The position numbers and the translations under genes are program-made. DNA of 64,000 bases from Microcoleus sp. (lineage in GTDB: Bacteria > Cyanobacteriota > Cyanobacteriia > Cyanobacteriales > Microcoleaceae): NCBI GenBank assembly GCA_052279835.1, contig CP181291.1, positions 2,016,001 through 2,080,000 on the forward strand, written 5' to 3'. The notes below the pieces were generated by a model. That model was not told the DNA's origin. It searched no databases and saw only the letters and a program-made list of their open reading frames with translations. Positions 30,354 to 39,551 of the stretch are shown here, piece by piece. Every line of letters begins with the position of its first letter. Position 1 is the stretch's first letter.

Positions 30354-30923
30354 ATGTCTAAGCGCAAAAAACAAGAATGGCTCAAGGAAACCCTAGAGCT
30401 CAAGGAAAATCATAACTGGAAATCAAAACCGGGAACTCGCATCTTTGTCGCCGGAAGAGGAGCAGTCCGCTTTGATGTCCCCGATGATTGGCATTTTGAA
30501 CCGGATACAAAATCCTTCCGGTTTACGGACAAAAAGCCGCCGGATGATGATTGTTGTTTGGAAGTTTCGTTTAATTTACTTCCCCCCGGAAACTGGGCCG
30601 ATTTTCCCTTGGCTCCGCTATTAAAAAAAGTGGCTGAAGAAGACTCTCGAAATCCGTTTGACATGGGGGAAATCATTCAACTGAAGCGACAAACTGCTCG
30701 GATTGTTTGGACGGAATTTAAATTTATCGACCCTCCAGAGCAGCGGGAAGCTTATTCGCGAATCTGTGTGGGATTGGGTTCAAACGTTCAGTGTTTGATT
30801 ACTTTTGATTATTGGGTTGATGATGCAGAGCGTTTGACTCCTGTCTGGGATACGGTGATGGAAACTTTGGTTTTAGGGTTGTTTATTAGCGACCCTCGAA
30901 CTGGATTTGCACGGCCAGATTAG
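30354..30923 (+). CDS. Hypothetical protein
   Basis: Clean 189-aa ORF with ATG, protein-like composition. Confidence 0.75.
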   Translation: MSKRKKQEWLKETLELKENHNWKSKPGTRIFVAGRGAVRFDVPDDWHFEPDTKSFRFTDKKPPDDDCCLEVSFNLLPPGNWADFPLAPLLKKVAEEDSRNPFDMGEIIQLKRQTARIVWTEFKFIDPPEQREAYSRICVGLGSNVQCLITFDYWVDDAERLTPVWDTVMETLVLGLFISDPRTGFARPD

Positions 30924-31009
30924 ATGTATGCAGAGTTGGAAAGTACGGGTTTTATGGGTCTATACTCCCGACTTCATGAAGAAGTCGGGTATTTAAATTT
31001 TTTAGCCCT

Positions 31010-31216
31010 TTATCGTGTAGCAAACAGCAAGCAAGCTTGGATATCTTCGGGTTCTAAATTGGGAAAATCTGCCAAAATTTCACTAGCAGGTACATTATCC
31101 GCTAGAGTTTCTAGAATGTCACTAACTCGAATTCTCATGCCTCGGATACAGGGGCGACCTCCACATTTACCCGGAGTTTGAGTAATGCGATCGAGTAAAG
31201 CAGTTTTGTCTAGCAT
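31010..31216 (-). CDS. DUF433 protein (putative antitoxin, orphan)
   Basis: PGKCGGRPCIRGMRIRV...ILADFPNLEPEDIQACL. Confidence 0.88.
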   Translation of the reverse strand: MLDKTALLDRITQTPGKCGGRPCIRGMRIRVSDILETLADNVPASEILADFPNLEPEDIQACLLFATR

Positions 31217-31352
31217 AAGTTCGATCTACTGCACGGGTACTTAATAGTATAGCGCTTGGAGTATAGTTTCAAAATAAAATTATTCTCGAAGTGCGATCGC
31301 ACAAATACCGTACAATTATCCCACGCTCCCGCATCTAACAACTCCTAACCCC

Positions 31353-32864
31353 ATGCTTTGCGATTACCTAGTACAAATCCTCACCGCCCGCGTCTACGAT
31401 GTAGCCCAAGAAACACCGCTAGAAGTCGCCCCCAATCTATCAGCGCGACTCAACAATCAACTGCTGCTGAAGCGAGAGGATATGCAGTCTGTGTTTTCCT
31501 TTAAACTGCGCGGTGCGTATAACAAAATGGCGCAACTTTCGCCGGAATTGCTGGCAAAAGGGGCGATCGCAGCTTCTGCGGGAAATCACGCCCAAGGAGT
31601 AGCCCTCGCCGCCAGCCACCTGGGAACTCGCGCCATCATAGTCATGCCCGTAACTACGCCCCAGGTCAAGGTTAATGCGGTCATAGCCCGTGGTGGAGAG
31701 GTAGTCTTGCATGGGGATACTTACGATGATGCTTACGCCTTTGCGCGCCAATTAGAGGCGGAAACAGGCATGACTTTTGTTCACCCTTTTGATGACCCCC
31801 ATGTGATTGCGGGACAGGGTACGATCGGCATGGAAATTCTCCGACAGCATCAGAAACCAATTCATGCAATTTTTGTAGCAATTGGCGGCGGTGGATTGAT
31901 TTCGGGAATTGCTGCTTATGTAAAACGGTTGCGGCCGGAAATTAAAATTATTGGTGTGGAACCTGTGGATTCCGATGCGATGAATCAGTCTTTGAAAGCG
32001 GGAAAACGGGTGCGCTTGTCCCAGGTGGGTTTGTTTGCCGATGGTGTGGCGGTGCGGGAAGTTGGCGAGGAAACTTTTCGGCTTTGTCAGGAGTATGTGG
32101 ATGAGATTATTTTGGTAGATACGGATGATGTTTGTGCGGCGATTAAGGATGTTTTTGAGGATACGCGATCGATCTTAGAACCGGCCGGTGCTTTGGCGAT
32201 CGCAGGTGCGAAAGCTTACGTGGAACGGGAACAAATCGCAGGGGAAACTTTAATTGCGGTTGCTTGCGGTGCAAACATGAATTTCGATCGCCTGCGGTTT
32301 GTGGCAGAAAGAGCCGAGTTTGGCGAACGTCGGGAAGCTATTTTTGCAGTGACAATTCCCGAACAACCGGGAAGTCTCCGCAGGTTTTGCGAATGTTTGG
32401 GTAAACGCAATTTAACTGAATTTAGCTATCGAATTGCGGATGAAAAAGCAGCGCATATTTTTATCGGCGTGCAAATTCAAAACCGTGCAGATGCGGTAAA
32501 AATAGCGGCTAGTTTTGAGGATTGTGGTTTTAAAACGTTGGATTTAACTGATGATGAATTAACTAAATTGCATTTGCGGCATATGGTGGGTGGCCGTTCG
32601 ATGCTGGCGGATAATGAGTTGTTTTATCGCTTTGAATTTCCCGAACGTCCTGGTGCTTTGATGAAGTTTGTGGGTTCCATGAGTCCTAACTGGAATATTA
32701 GCGTTTTTCACTACCGGAATAATGGCGCTGATTACGGGCGAATTGTGGTGGGAATTCAGGTGCCGCCTGATGAGATGAAGGAATGGCAGGCTTTTTTGGA
32801 TACGCTGGGTTATCAGTATGGGAATGAGAGTCAGAATCCGGCTTATAAGTTGTTTTTGAGATAG
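31353..32864 (+). CDS. ilvA: Biosynthetic threonine ammonia-lyase
   Basis: FSFKLRGAYN, ASAGNHAQG, IGGGGL, two C-terminal ACT-like domains (PEQPG, PERPG). Confidence 0.96.
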   Translation: MLCDYLVQILTARVYDVAQETPLEVAPNLSARLNNQLLLKREDMQSVFSFKLRGAYNKMAQLSPELLAKGAIAASAGNHAQGVALAASHLGTRAIIVMPVTTPQVKVNAVIARGGEVVLHGDTYDDAYAFARQLEAETGMTFVHPFDDPHVIAGQGTIGMEILRQHQKPIHAIFVAIGGGGLISGIAAYVKRLRPEIKIIGVEPVDSDAMNQSLKAGKRVRLSQVGLFADGVAVREVGEETFRLCQEYVDEIILVDTDDVCAAIKDVFEDTRSILEPAGALAIAGAKAYVEREQIAGETLIAVACGANMNFDRLRFVAERAEFGERREAIFAVTIPEQPGSLRRFCECLGKRNLTEFSYRIADEKAAHIFIGVQIQNRADAVKIAASFEDCGFKTLDLTDDELTKLHLRHMVGGRSMLADNELFYRFEFPERPGALMKFVGSMSPNWNISVFHYRNNGADYGRIVVGIQVPPDEMKEWQAFLDTLGYQYGNESQNPAYKLFLR

Positions 32865-32989
32865 GGGTTTATGACTCGGCAGTTGAAACCAGGGCAACCA
32901 CGGGGGGATTGCCCCTACACAAACTTTCGTCCACTCCAGGCGGACTAAGAGATTGGAGGCGAACAATGTCATGTCTGGTTTTCGACTCA

Positions 32990-33826
32990 TCAAACTTGCG
33001 ATCGCAAATTCTGCACATCCTGAACGCTAAGTCCGGTTATTTGGGCTATGGTTGCGTCATCTAGGCGATCGAGTAACTGCCGTGCGATCGCCTGCTTTTC
33101 TTCTTGTCTAGCGTCTCGCTCGGCTTTAATTATCGTGCCTTGCTGGTCGTAAATAAACATTTCTTGCCGTTCGATATTTGCTATTTCCTCCGGGCTTAAA
33201 TTCACTCGATCGGCGATGTCAAAAGCTTGATGGATTTCCGGGACGCTATCCATTACTGGCGGGATTTCCGTTATCGTTACCGCGTATTTCATGAAATAGA
33301 GCCATTTATCTGCTAGAGTTTCTAGTTGGTCTACTGTTTTGGTGAACTTTGGTAATTCTACAAATACCAACTTCAGATCGTTATCGGGATAGGGTAAATT
33401 AGAAACTTCTTCTTTGTAGACAAATCGTGAAATTAATTCGTTGCTATTTTTAAACATCTCAAAATCAGTTATTGTTAAGGCAATTACTGGTTTTAGCATT
33501 CGATATCCTTGTCCTTTCTGTAATTGAGAGGCGTAGGTTTTAGCTGCGTTATACAAGATTCTTTGTCCGAAAGACTCGACGTTTAATACCTGCATTTCAA
33601 TGATGACTAGAGTGCAGTCGGCAAGCTTGGCTTTGACATCTAAAGAGGAGTCTTTTAAGCCTTCTACCTGTGGTGGCAGGTTGGGGTTGATAATTTCTAA
33701 GTCTTCAATGGTAGGATTGCCATCGTAAATCATGGCGTTGAGAAAGCTGATGAGAATGTCTGTGCTTTCTGAGGAACCAAATATTTTTTTGAAGGCGTAA
33801 TCGGTTTTGGGGTTGATGAATGTCAT
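32990..33826 (-). CDS. Rpn family PD-(D/E)XK nuclease/putative transposase
   Basis: FINPKTDYAFKKIFG, LDVKAK, IIEMQ, FVELPKF, tail IAQITGLS. Confidence 0.88.
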   Translation of the reverse strand: MTFINPKTDYAFKKIFGSSESTDILISFLNAMIYDGNPTIEDLEIINPNLPPQVEGLKDSSLDVKAKLADCTLVIIEMQVLNVESFGQRILYNAAKTYASQLQKGQGYRMLKPVIALTITDFEMFKNSNELISRFVYKEEVSNLPYPDNDLKLVFVELPKFTKTVDQLETLADKWLYFMKYAVTITEIPPVMDSVPEIHQAFDIADRVNLSPEEIANIERQEMFIYDQQGTIIKAERDARQEEKQAIARQLLDRLDDATIAQITGLSVQDVQNLRSQV

Positions 33827-33883
33827 GGTGGGAATCGGGAATAAAGTTTTAAACTAAATGCTAAATTAGACCATTAAAATTTA

Positions 33884-34231
33884 TCATAAAGGGAGATACT
33901 GAATTTGTCCTGCCAATTCTCCCTCAAGGCAGCACTCCAAAAGTATCAGAATATCCTCAATTACCCTACCAATTGGTGCATCGAATGTAACTTCAACAAC
34001 TCCTGACATTGGCTTACCTGCGGCCATACGTTCATAGGCATAGCGCGTAATCGTAGCAACATCGTGAGTCAGCAAAATTCGATTTTCTTGGGCAGCCCAT
34101 TCCAGCACTATTGGGTCATCTTCACCGGATAAGCCCACATCTTGGACGCGAACAATGTCAATGTCTGGTTTGCGACGCATCAAACCTCTAACAATTGTAT
34201 TGTCAAAGTTTTCATCAGCTAGGAATTTCAT
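33884..34231 (-). CDS. DUF5615 PIN-like toxin
   Basis: MKFLADENF, DPIVLEWAAQENRILLTHD. Confidence 0.88.
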   Translation of the reverse strand: MKFLADENFDNTIVRGLMRRKPDIDIVRVQDVGLSGEDDPIVLEWAAQENRILLTHDVATITRYAYERMAAGKPMSGVVEVTFDAPIGRVIEDILILLECCLEGELAGQIQYLPL

Positions 34232-34562
34232 GCGATCGCTCTTGTTGACGGGCCATTAATCTGTCGCGCAATCCCTGCGGGTCAAATCTTGCTTCGTTCG
34301 TCTTGCGAATCTCTTGTGCTTGTTGCTGTCGAAGCTGCAAATACGTTTCGACTTCCTGCTGGTGATTGAGGTAAAAAGCGATAGTGGCATACACGTCAGC
34401 CAATCTCAGCGACGGATAACGATAAACGATTTCCTCTGCGGTTGTTCCCTGCTTAAACACTGCAATCACAGTATCTAAAGTCACGCGAGTGTTACCGACT
34501 CGCACTACGCCGTCAGCATTGGTCTTTAGGGGTGCAGGTTCAGCTACAACTGCTAATGTCAT
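34215..34562 (-). CDS. DUF433 antitoxin
   Basis: GVVRVGNTRVTLD...YPSLRLADVYATIAFYL; overlaps the toxin start. Confidence 0.88.
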   Translation of the reverse strand: MTLAVVAEPAPLKTNADGVVRVGNTRVTLDTVIAVFKQGTTAEEIVYRYPSLRLADVYATIAFYLNHQQEVETYLQLRQQQAQEIRKTNEARFDPQGLRDRLMARQQERSHEIPS

Positions 34563-34703
34563 GGCAACCTCAACGTTCGCTGTCTTAATTGTATTAGAAG
34601 GTCGATGGCTACGCCACGGCTTGCGCCTACGAACTTGATGGGCGATCGCACGATTCCCAAACATCAGGTTTATGAAATGCGATCGCCCGAATCGTCAATT
34701 GCT

Positions 34704-34949
34704 TCAATTCTTCTGCAACCATTTTGTCAGCACGCGCATCCACTGGCCCGTATTCGGTGCACGCTGCAAGTCGCTCCAGTCGGCCATTTGGGCAAAACCT
34801 AGTCGCACCAGCCAATTTACTACGACGGTTATACCTTGGCGGGAGCCAACAACCATGATACGCACGGGTTCCCGGTTTTCTCGATCGTCCGTGGGATTTG
34901 GGTTTTGTTGGGTGTCGCTGGGCGGTTCGGTTAGAAAGTCTTCAGCCAT
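34704..34949 (-). CDS. Small hypothetical protein (REPVRIMVVGS...GFAQMADWS type)
   Basis: ATG at 34949 with GAGGA RBS; divergent from an HTH gene. Confidence 0.65.
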   Translation of the reverse strand: MAEDFLTEPPSDTQQNPNPTDDRENREPVRIMVVGSRQGITVVVNWLVRLGFAQMADWSDLQRAPNTGQWMRVLTKWLQKN

Positions 34950-34977
34950 TGGGAAGTCCTCATCTTCAAAATCAACC

Positions 34978-35038
34978 AATCACTACATATATGTAGTTAC
35001 CAGTATCATAGCGCAATAACTACATATGTGTAGTGATT
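34978..35038. promoter_or_regulatory. Paired palindromic operators flanking a minus-strand -10 (TATGAT)
   Basis: AATCACTACATATATGTAGTTA and TAACTACATATGTGTAGTGATT are mutual inverted repeats (1 mismatch), each internally palindromic. Confidence 0.7.
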
Positions 35039-35072
35039 TACGGTTGGGGCTTCCCTTGGCATCATGGGGTGC

Positions 35073-35345
35073 ATGGGAAAAGCTGGTCGAGTTTTGAGAG
35101 AAGTGCTGAACACCTATGGCATTAGCCAAAACAAATTGGCGATCGCAATGGGTGTGCGAAGTTCTGTTGTCTATCGTTGGTTTAATGAGCTCATCGATCC
35201 AACTGGAGACACGCTTGTGAAGATGGTTGTGGCGTTAAAGTTGCTAGATATAGATGCAGCGCGGGAGTTTGTGCAGCGCTATTTGGGTGAAGTTTTGGAG
35301 GATGAGGGTGAGGCTGAGGTCGATCGATCTACAAACACAGAATAG
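35073..35345 (+). CDS. XRE/Cro-family HTH transcriptional regulator
   Basis: GISQNKLAIAMGVRSSVVYRWFNELIDP. Confidence 0.85.
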   Translation: MGKAGRVLREVLNTYGISQNKLAIAMGVRSSVVYRWFNELIDPTGDTLVKMVVALKLLDIDAAREFVQRYLGEVLEDEGEAEVDRSTNTE

Positions 35346-35391
35346 ATTTATTGTTCGGAAGGTCGATGGCTACTTCCTACGCTTGCGCCTA

Positions 35392-35523
35392 GGGCGTGTT
35401 TTCAAACTACTCCTTAAGATTTAGATCCCCCTAAATCCCCCTTAAAAAGGGGGACTTAAAGACTCTTTCCCCCCCCTTTTTAAGGGGGGCTGGGGGGGAT
35501 CTTTGGGGAGAGAAAACACGCCC
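35392..35523. mobile_element. MITE with GGGCGTGTTTTC terminal inverted repeats and TA duplication
   Basis: TA|GGGCGTGTTTTC...GAAAACACGCCC|TA; interrupts a repeat that is intact at 34598-34648. Confidence 0.8.
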
Positions 35524-35654
35524 TACGCATTTGACGGGCGATCGTCATTACTGCCAAAATCTTTTTAAGATTGGAGATGTTTTGAGGTTTTTCGAGCGAG
35601 GGTTGTAGAGGGCGATCGGCAGTATAATAGAATTGAAAGTTACACAAGAAAAAC

Positions 35655-36068
35655 ATGGCACGGGATCTCTTTCACGAAGCCGTTAAGCTTGCCCTTCAGA
35701 AGGAGAATTGGGTAATTACCGACGATCCGCTGCGGCTAGAAGCGGCAGGAGCAAAGTTTGAGATCGATTTGGGTGCAGAGCGGTTGTTAGCAGCACAAAA
35801 AGCCGGAGAGAAAATTGCTGTCGAAATCAAAACATTTTTGGGCGACTCCCCGATTACTGATTATCATGCGGCATTAGGACAGTTTCTGAATTATCGGCTT
35901 GCTTTAGAACTCAATGAACCCGATCGCAAGCTTTATTTAGCAGTTCCTGTTGCGGTGCACAAAGCTTTTTTTCAGCGGGAGTTTTTGCAAATCTCGGTAG
36001 AGCGACATCAAGTTAACCGCATTGTTTACGATCCAATAAATGAGGTGATTGTACAATGGATAAGCTAG
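35655..36068 (+). CDS. xisH: XisH family protein
   Basis: MARDLFHEAVK..LQKENWVITDDP, IDLGAE, IAVEIKTF, ALGQFLNY. Confidence 0.93.
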   Translation: MARDLFHEAVKLALQKENWVITDDPLRLEAAGAKFEIDLGAERLLAAQKAGEKIAVEIKTFLGDSPITDYHAALGQFLNYRLALELNEPDRKLYLAVPVAVHKAFFQREFLQISVERHQVNRIVYDPINEVIVQWIS

Positions 36069-36391
36069 AGCATTATCGTCAGTCGATTCAAGCATTATTG
36101 ACCGAATATGCGGCAATTCCGGTTTCCAACGGTGCGATCGAATCGCAAATAATTTTTGATACGCAGCGCGATCGTTATCAAGTGACGAATGTTGGTTGGG
36201 ATGGGCATCGACGGGTGCATGGATGCGTGCTGCATTTGGATATTAAGGATGGCAAGATTTGGTTGCAGCAGAATACAACGGAGATGCGAGTGGCGCACGA
36301 GTTGGTGGCAATGGGTGTGGCAAAGGAGGATATTATCTTGGGATTTCAAGCGCCTTACGTGCGGCAATACACGGGCTTTGGAGTGGCTTAG
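36056..36391 (+). CDS. xisI: XisI family protein
   Basis: MDKLEHYRQ, RVHGCVLHLDIKDGKIW, DIILGF..P..RQYTGF. Confidence 0.93.
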   Translation: MDKLEHYRQSIQALLTEYAAIPVSNGAIESQIIFDTQRDRYQVTNVGWDGHRRVHGCVLHLDIKDGKIWLQQNTTEMRVAHELVAMGVAKEDIILGFQAPYVRQYTGFGVA

Positions 36392-36465
36392 CGCGATCGT
36401 CCAAAAATGTGGCAATATTTTTTTCAAAGTTATACAATGAAAAAAACCTAAGTTTTGATATATTT

Positions 36466-36963
36466 ATGCAATCACCAAAAGTCGAACCAATACCGGGAGA
36501 TTTAAGAGAAAGTCTGTATGAAACAGATTTTTTTACTTGGACTTATGCTCAAGCAAAATTTTTGAAAGAACGAGAATGGAATCAACTAGATTTACCGAAT
36601 TTAATCGAGGAGATTGAGTCATTGGGAAAACAACAACGTGCCGAACTAAGAAATCGATTAAAGGTGTTAATTGGACATTTATTAAAATGGGAATATCAAG
36701 GAAAACAACGCAGCCGTAGTTGGTTAATGACGATTCGCATTCAGCGTCGCGATACTCAAGAATTGCTGTCAGAAAACCCTAGTCTTAAACCCTATCTTCA
36801 GGAAGCATTACAAAAGATATATGAAAGCGGTAGAGATTTGGCAACAGGAGAAACCAACTTGCCACTAAAAACTTTCCCAGAAAATTGCCCGTATACCTTA
36901 GAAGACATTTTTAGCGATCGCTTTTATCCGGGCGAACCTGCAACAGATGATGTGATGGAATGA
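36466..36963 (+). CDS. DUF29 family protein
   Basis: LYETDFFTW, LDLPNLIEEIESLGK, HLLKWEYQ, NPSLKPYL, FPENCPY. Confidence 0.9.
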   Translation: MQSPKVEPIPGDLRESLYETDFFTWTYAQAKFLKEREWNQLDLPNLIEEIESLGKQQRAELRNRLKVLIGHLLKWEYQGKQRSRSWLMTIRIQRRDTQELLSENPSLKPYLQEALQKIYESGRDLATGETNLPLKTFPENCPYTLEDIFSDRFYPGEPATDDVME

Positions 36964-36966
36964 GAA

Positions 36967-37161
36967 CGATCGCAGATAGTTGTCTAATGGTAGGGAGTAA
37001 TTCTGTTAGTGCGATCGGTTATTTTCCTACGATGCGTCTATGTTAACGGTAGCAGGTCAAGGTAGTAATTGCAACTTATAGGGGAGTTTGACAAATTTCG
37101 TTGTGGTTAGCCAGATTCATTGCCTGCATCAAAGCTGTACCAGCATCAAAAGTATCGTAGG
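36967..37161 (-). pseudogene. Rearranged remnant of the 37903-38118 gene and its upstream region
   Basis: 36967-37095 resembles 38070-38198; 37096-37161 resembles 37908-37973. Confidence 0.8.
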
Positions 37162-37229
37162 TGGTCGAATGACATAAAATTGCTCTTGGATATAATGGTA
37201 ATGAAGTCTAGCAAGGAAAATGCCCAATT

Positions 37230-37496
37230 ATGACAGTCCGGGAAGAACTAATCCATGAGATTGAGCAAGCATCAGATGATATACTTCAGGTGCTATTGAG
37301 TTTTTTGCGTCAGACGCGGTTGTCGCACTCTGAGCCTTCTGTGTCGATCGACTCTGCTGAGATTTCGACTGCTGGATTGACAGCGCAAAAGCATTATCCT
37401 CTGCGCGGGATGCCCTTGGTAATTGCTGAGGATTTTGATGAGCCGATGTCGGATTTATGGGATGCGCTATCGCCAATAAATTATGAGGGAAATTAA
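37230..37496 (+). CDS. DUF2281-like putative antitoxin (orphan)
   Basis: N-terminal EELIHEIEQASDDILQVLLSFL, C-terminal IAEDFDEPM. Confidence 0.65.
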   Translation: MTVREELIHEIEQASDDILQVLLSFLRQTRLSHSEPSVSIDSAEISTAGLTAQKHYPLRGMPLVIAEDFDEPMSDLWDALSPINYEGN

Positions 37497-37897
37497 CGCT
37501 TTGGCTCAATATCGAATTCGAGCCGAGAACGATAAAAGTGAACGTCAAATTCTAAGAAAAAATTTGTCTGTCCGAGTATCAATGATACACTGTCACTTTT
37601 TGCCCACGCAAATACTAATCTTACGGGAGCAAACTCCCCTATTTCAGCCATGAAAAATACTGGCATGGCTGGTTGATTACCAACGTTACCAGCCAATCGA
37701 ATAATGGCTTTGCTGTCATCCCACACTAAGCCAAGCTGAATTCCTATTTGGTAAGGCAATACATTCACAGTTGCACCGCTGTCTACCAACCCAACAACTT
37801 CCACTCTCTGGTTATTGTGGCGCAGAATCAAGGGAATTCGCGGTAGGCTGTCAAACTCATCTTGAGATGGGTCATTGGTAGAGTATTGGAATCGCAT
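37493..37897 (-). CDS. Retropepsin-like aspartyl protease domain protein
   Basis: GLVDSGATVNVLP and ILGQTNFF motifs. Confidence 0.8.
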   Translation of the reverse strand: MRFQYSTNDPSQDEFDSLPRIPLILRHNNQRVEVVGLVDSGATVNVLPYQIGIQLGLVWDDSKAIIRLAGNVGNQPAMPVFFMAEIGEFAPVRLVFAWAKSDSVSLILGQTNFFLEFDVHFYRSRLEFDIEPKR

Positions 37898-37902
37898 AAT
37901 AC

Positions 37903-38118
37903 TCAGTTTTCGTTGTGGTTAGCCAAATTCATTGCCTGCATCAAAGCTGCACCCGCACCAAAATTATCGTAGGGGGTTGGCAGGTAGTAAATCTTGTAAG
38001 GTTCCAAAGGGAAAATATCTTCACTGATGTCCTCTTCCGCCATTAGAATACGGATTAACTCTCGTTTCTCGATCGCAGATAGTTGTCGAATGGTAGGGAG
38101 TAATTCTGTTAGTGTCAT
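37903..38118 (-). CDS. Small hypothetical protein upstream of the retropepsin gene
   Basis: MTLTELLPTIRQLSAIEKRELIRIL antitoxin-like helix; 5-bp gap to the next gene. Confidence 0.7.
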   Translation of the reverse strand: MTLTELLPTIRQLSAIEKRELIRILMAEEDISEDIFPLEPYKIYYLPTPYDNFGAGAALMQAMNLANHNEN

Positions 38119-38265
38119 CGGTTGTTTTCCGGGTCATGCGTCTGTGTTAACGGTAGCAGGTCAACGTAGTAATTGCAACTTCTAGGGGAGTTTGACAAAA
38201 AATGCCCAAAAATTGCTATAATAAAGAGTCTTAGAAATTTAACACTAAAAGCTGAGGTTAAAGTC

Positions 38266-38565
38266 GTGACAATAACTTCACAAGAAACGGATGTAGAGAT
38301 TCAACAATTCCCGATTCTTCTGGGACAGGGAGGGGAAATTACCATTCCCCAGTTATTACAAGATGCCCTCAATGTCGATCGGGGAGATATGCTGGTGCTA
38401 ATCCAAATAGGTAATTTGATTGTGCTTGCTCCCAAACAACCTCAAGCTCCCAAACTAATCGATCGAATTGCAACTATTATGGAAAGTGAAAATGTGGGTT
38501 TGACTGATTTATTGTCGGGTTTAGAAGCGGAGCGAGAGGCGATTTGGCAGGAGAGACAGTCTTAA
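38266..38565 (+). CDS. AbrB/MazE-like antitoxin
   Basis: GQGGEITIPQLLQDALNVDRGD; GTG start with GAGG RBS. Confidence 0.72.
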   Translation: MTITSQETDVEIQQFPILLGQGGEITIPQLLQDALNVDRGDMLVLIQIGNLIVLAPKQPQAPKLIDRIATIMESENVGLTDLLSGLEAEREAIWQERQS

Positions 38566-38620
38566 TGCGTAGGGTATTTGCGGACGAAGAACGTATTAAT
38601 TGCCAGATGACAAATAAGAA
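38565..38620 (+). pseudogene. Stub of PIN-type toxin
   Basis: TAATG coupling to the antitoxin, begins MRRVFAD (PIN-like first strand + Asp), then loses similarity. Confidence 0.5.
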
Positions 38621-38715
38621 AGGCGATCGCCCTTTGTTTTTTTTGAGTAAGGGCGATCCGCAAAACATACAATTGCTATAATAACTCTTAGTAATTTGAC
38701 ACTAAAGAGGTAAAA

Positions 38716-39291
38716 TCAAGGAGTACGAATGCCATATTTCAATATTGAACCCAGCAGAAAAATACCACCAAAACCCAATAGGTATGGAGAAAAATTTTGA
38801 ATAGCCGAAGCAAGTTCCCTGCTGATTTCTATTCCTTTTGAATTAAAGATACTATCGCCCTCTGTTACCAGGATACACGGTCTTACAAGGACTGCTGGAA
38901 AACACAACACTTGATCCTTTAAGAATAGACCAACTCCGCCTATCATTACTGCCAGACTACTAAATCCTTGGAACCAGTATACTGGGTCTCTATATACTGG
39001 GTTTCTATGAAAACTTATAGTAGTATATTTAGTATCGAACTCTCGGTCAGACATCCGGCAAAAGCGTATAAAATCGATCACTGTTACAATTAATGCCATC
39101 AAATACAAACAAACTGTTGGAATCATTACAAAATTTCTCGTCGGCTCAGACCACCAGAACCCAAGGAGACAACAAAATGGAATTATCAGTAATCGGCCTA
39201 GTGTAGTATCTCCAAAATACAAGCGATGTAATCCTGGTATTGTAAAAAAGGCTATACCTGCGAGAATTAATGCTTTTCTTCTTTTAGACAT
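38716..39291 (-). CDS. TM2/NINE-like membrane protein
   Basis: ALILAGIAFFTIPGLHRLYFG motif; multiple TM segments. Confidence 0.65.
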   Translation of the reverse strand: MSKRRKALILAGIAFFTIPGLHRLYFGDTTLGRLLIIPFCCLLGFWWSEPTRNFVMIPTVCLYLMALIVTVIDFIRFCRMSDREFDTKYTTISFHRNPVYRDPVYWFQGFSSLAVMIGGVGLFLKDQVLCFPAVLVRPCILVTEGDSIFNSKGIEISRELASAIQNFSPYLLGFGGIFLLGSILKYGIRTP

Positions 39292-39551
39292 AATAATTTA
39301 TTGCTAAGTGAACTAACTCGTGGATAGCCAGCTTTGTATAAACCCATCTCTCACACAGGGAGAATATCAACATCGGTATTTTTTTTCCTACAACCCAATA
39401 TTCCATACAGTAGACCGATCGCCCAAAAACTGTCAACGAAAAAAAGTTGGAAAAAGTGGGAACTTCCTAAAAATCCGACGCGAGAAAAAAAAGTTGGAAA
39501 AAGTTGCAAAAAGTTTGGTATAGTAACTAAAATTATCCCACCATCCCACCT

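Noticed and set aside
35655..36391. fdxN-type excision element implied by xisH/xisI
   Set aside because: No XisF-like recombinase or interrupted gene nearby; xisHI pairs are commonly dispersed in cyanobacteria
36259..36465. N-terminal extension of the DUF29 ORF
   Set aside because: Overlaps xisI in another frame; the domain starts after ATG 36466
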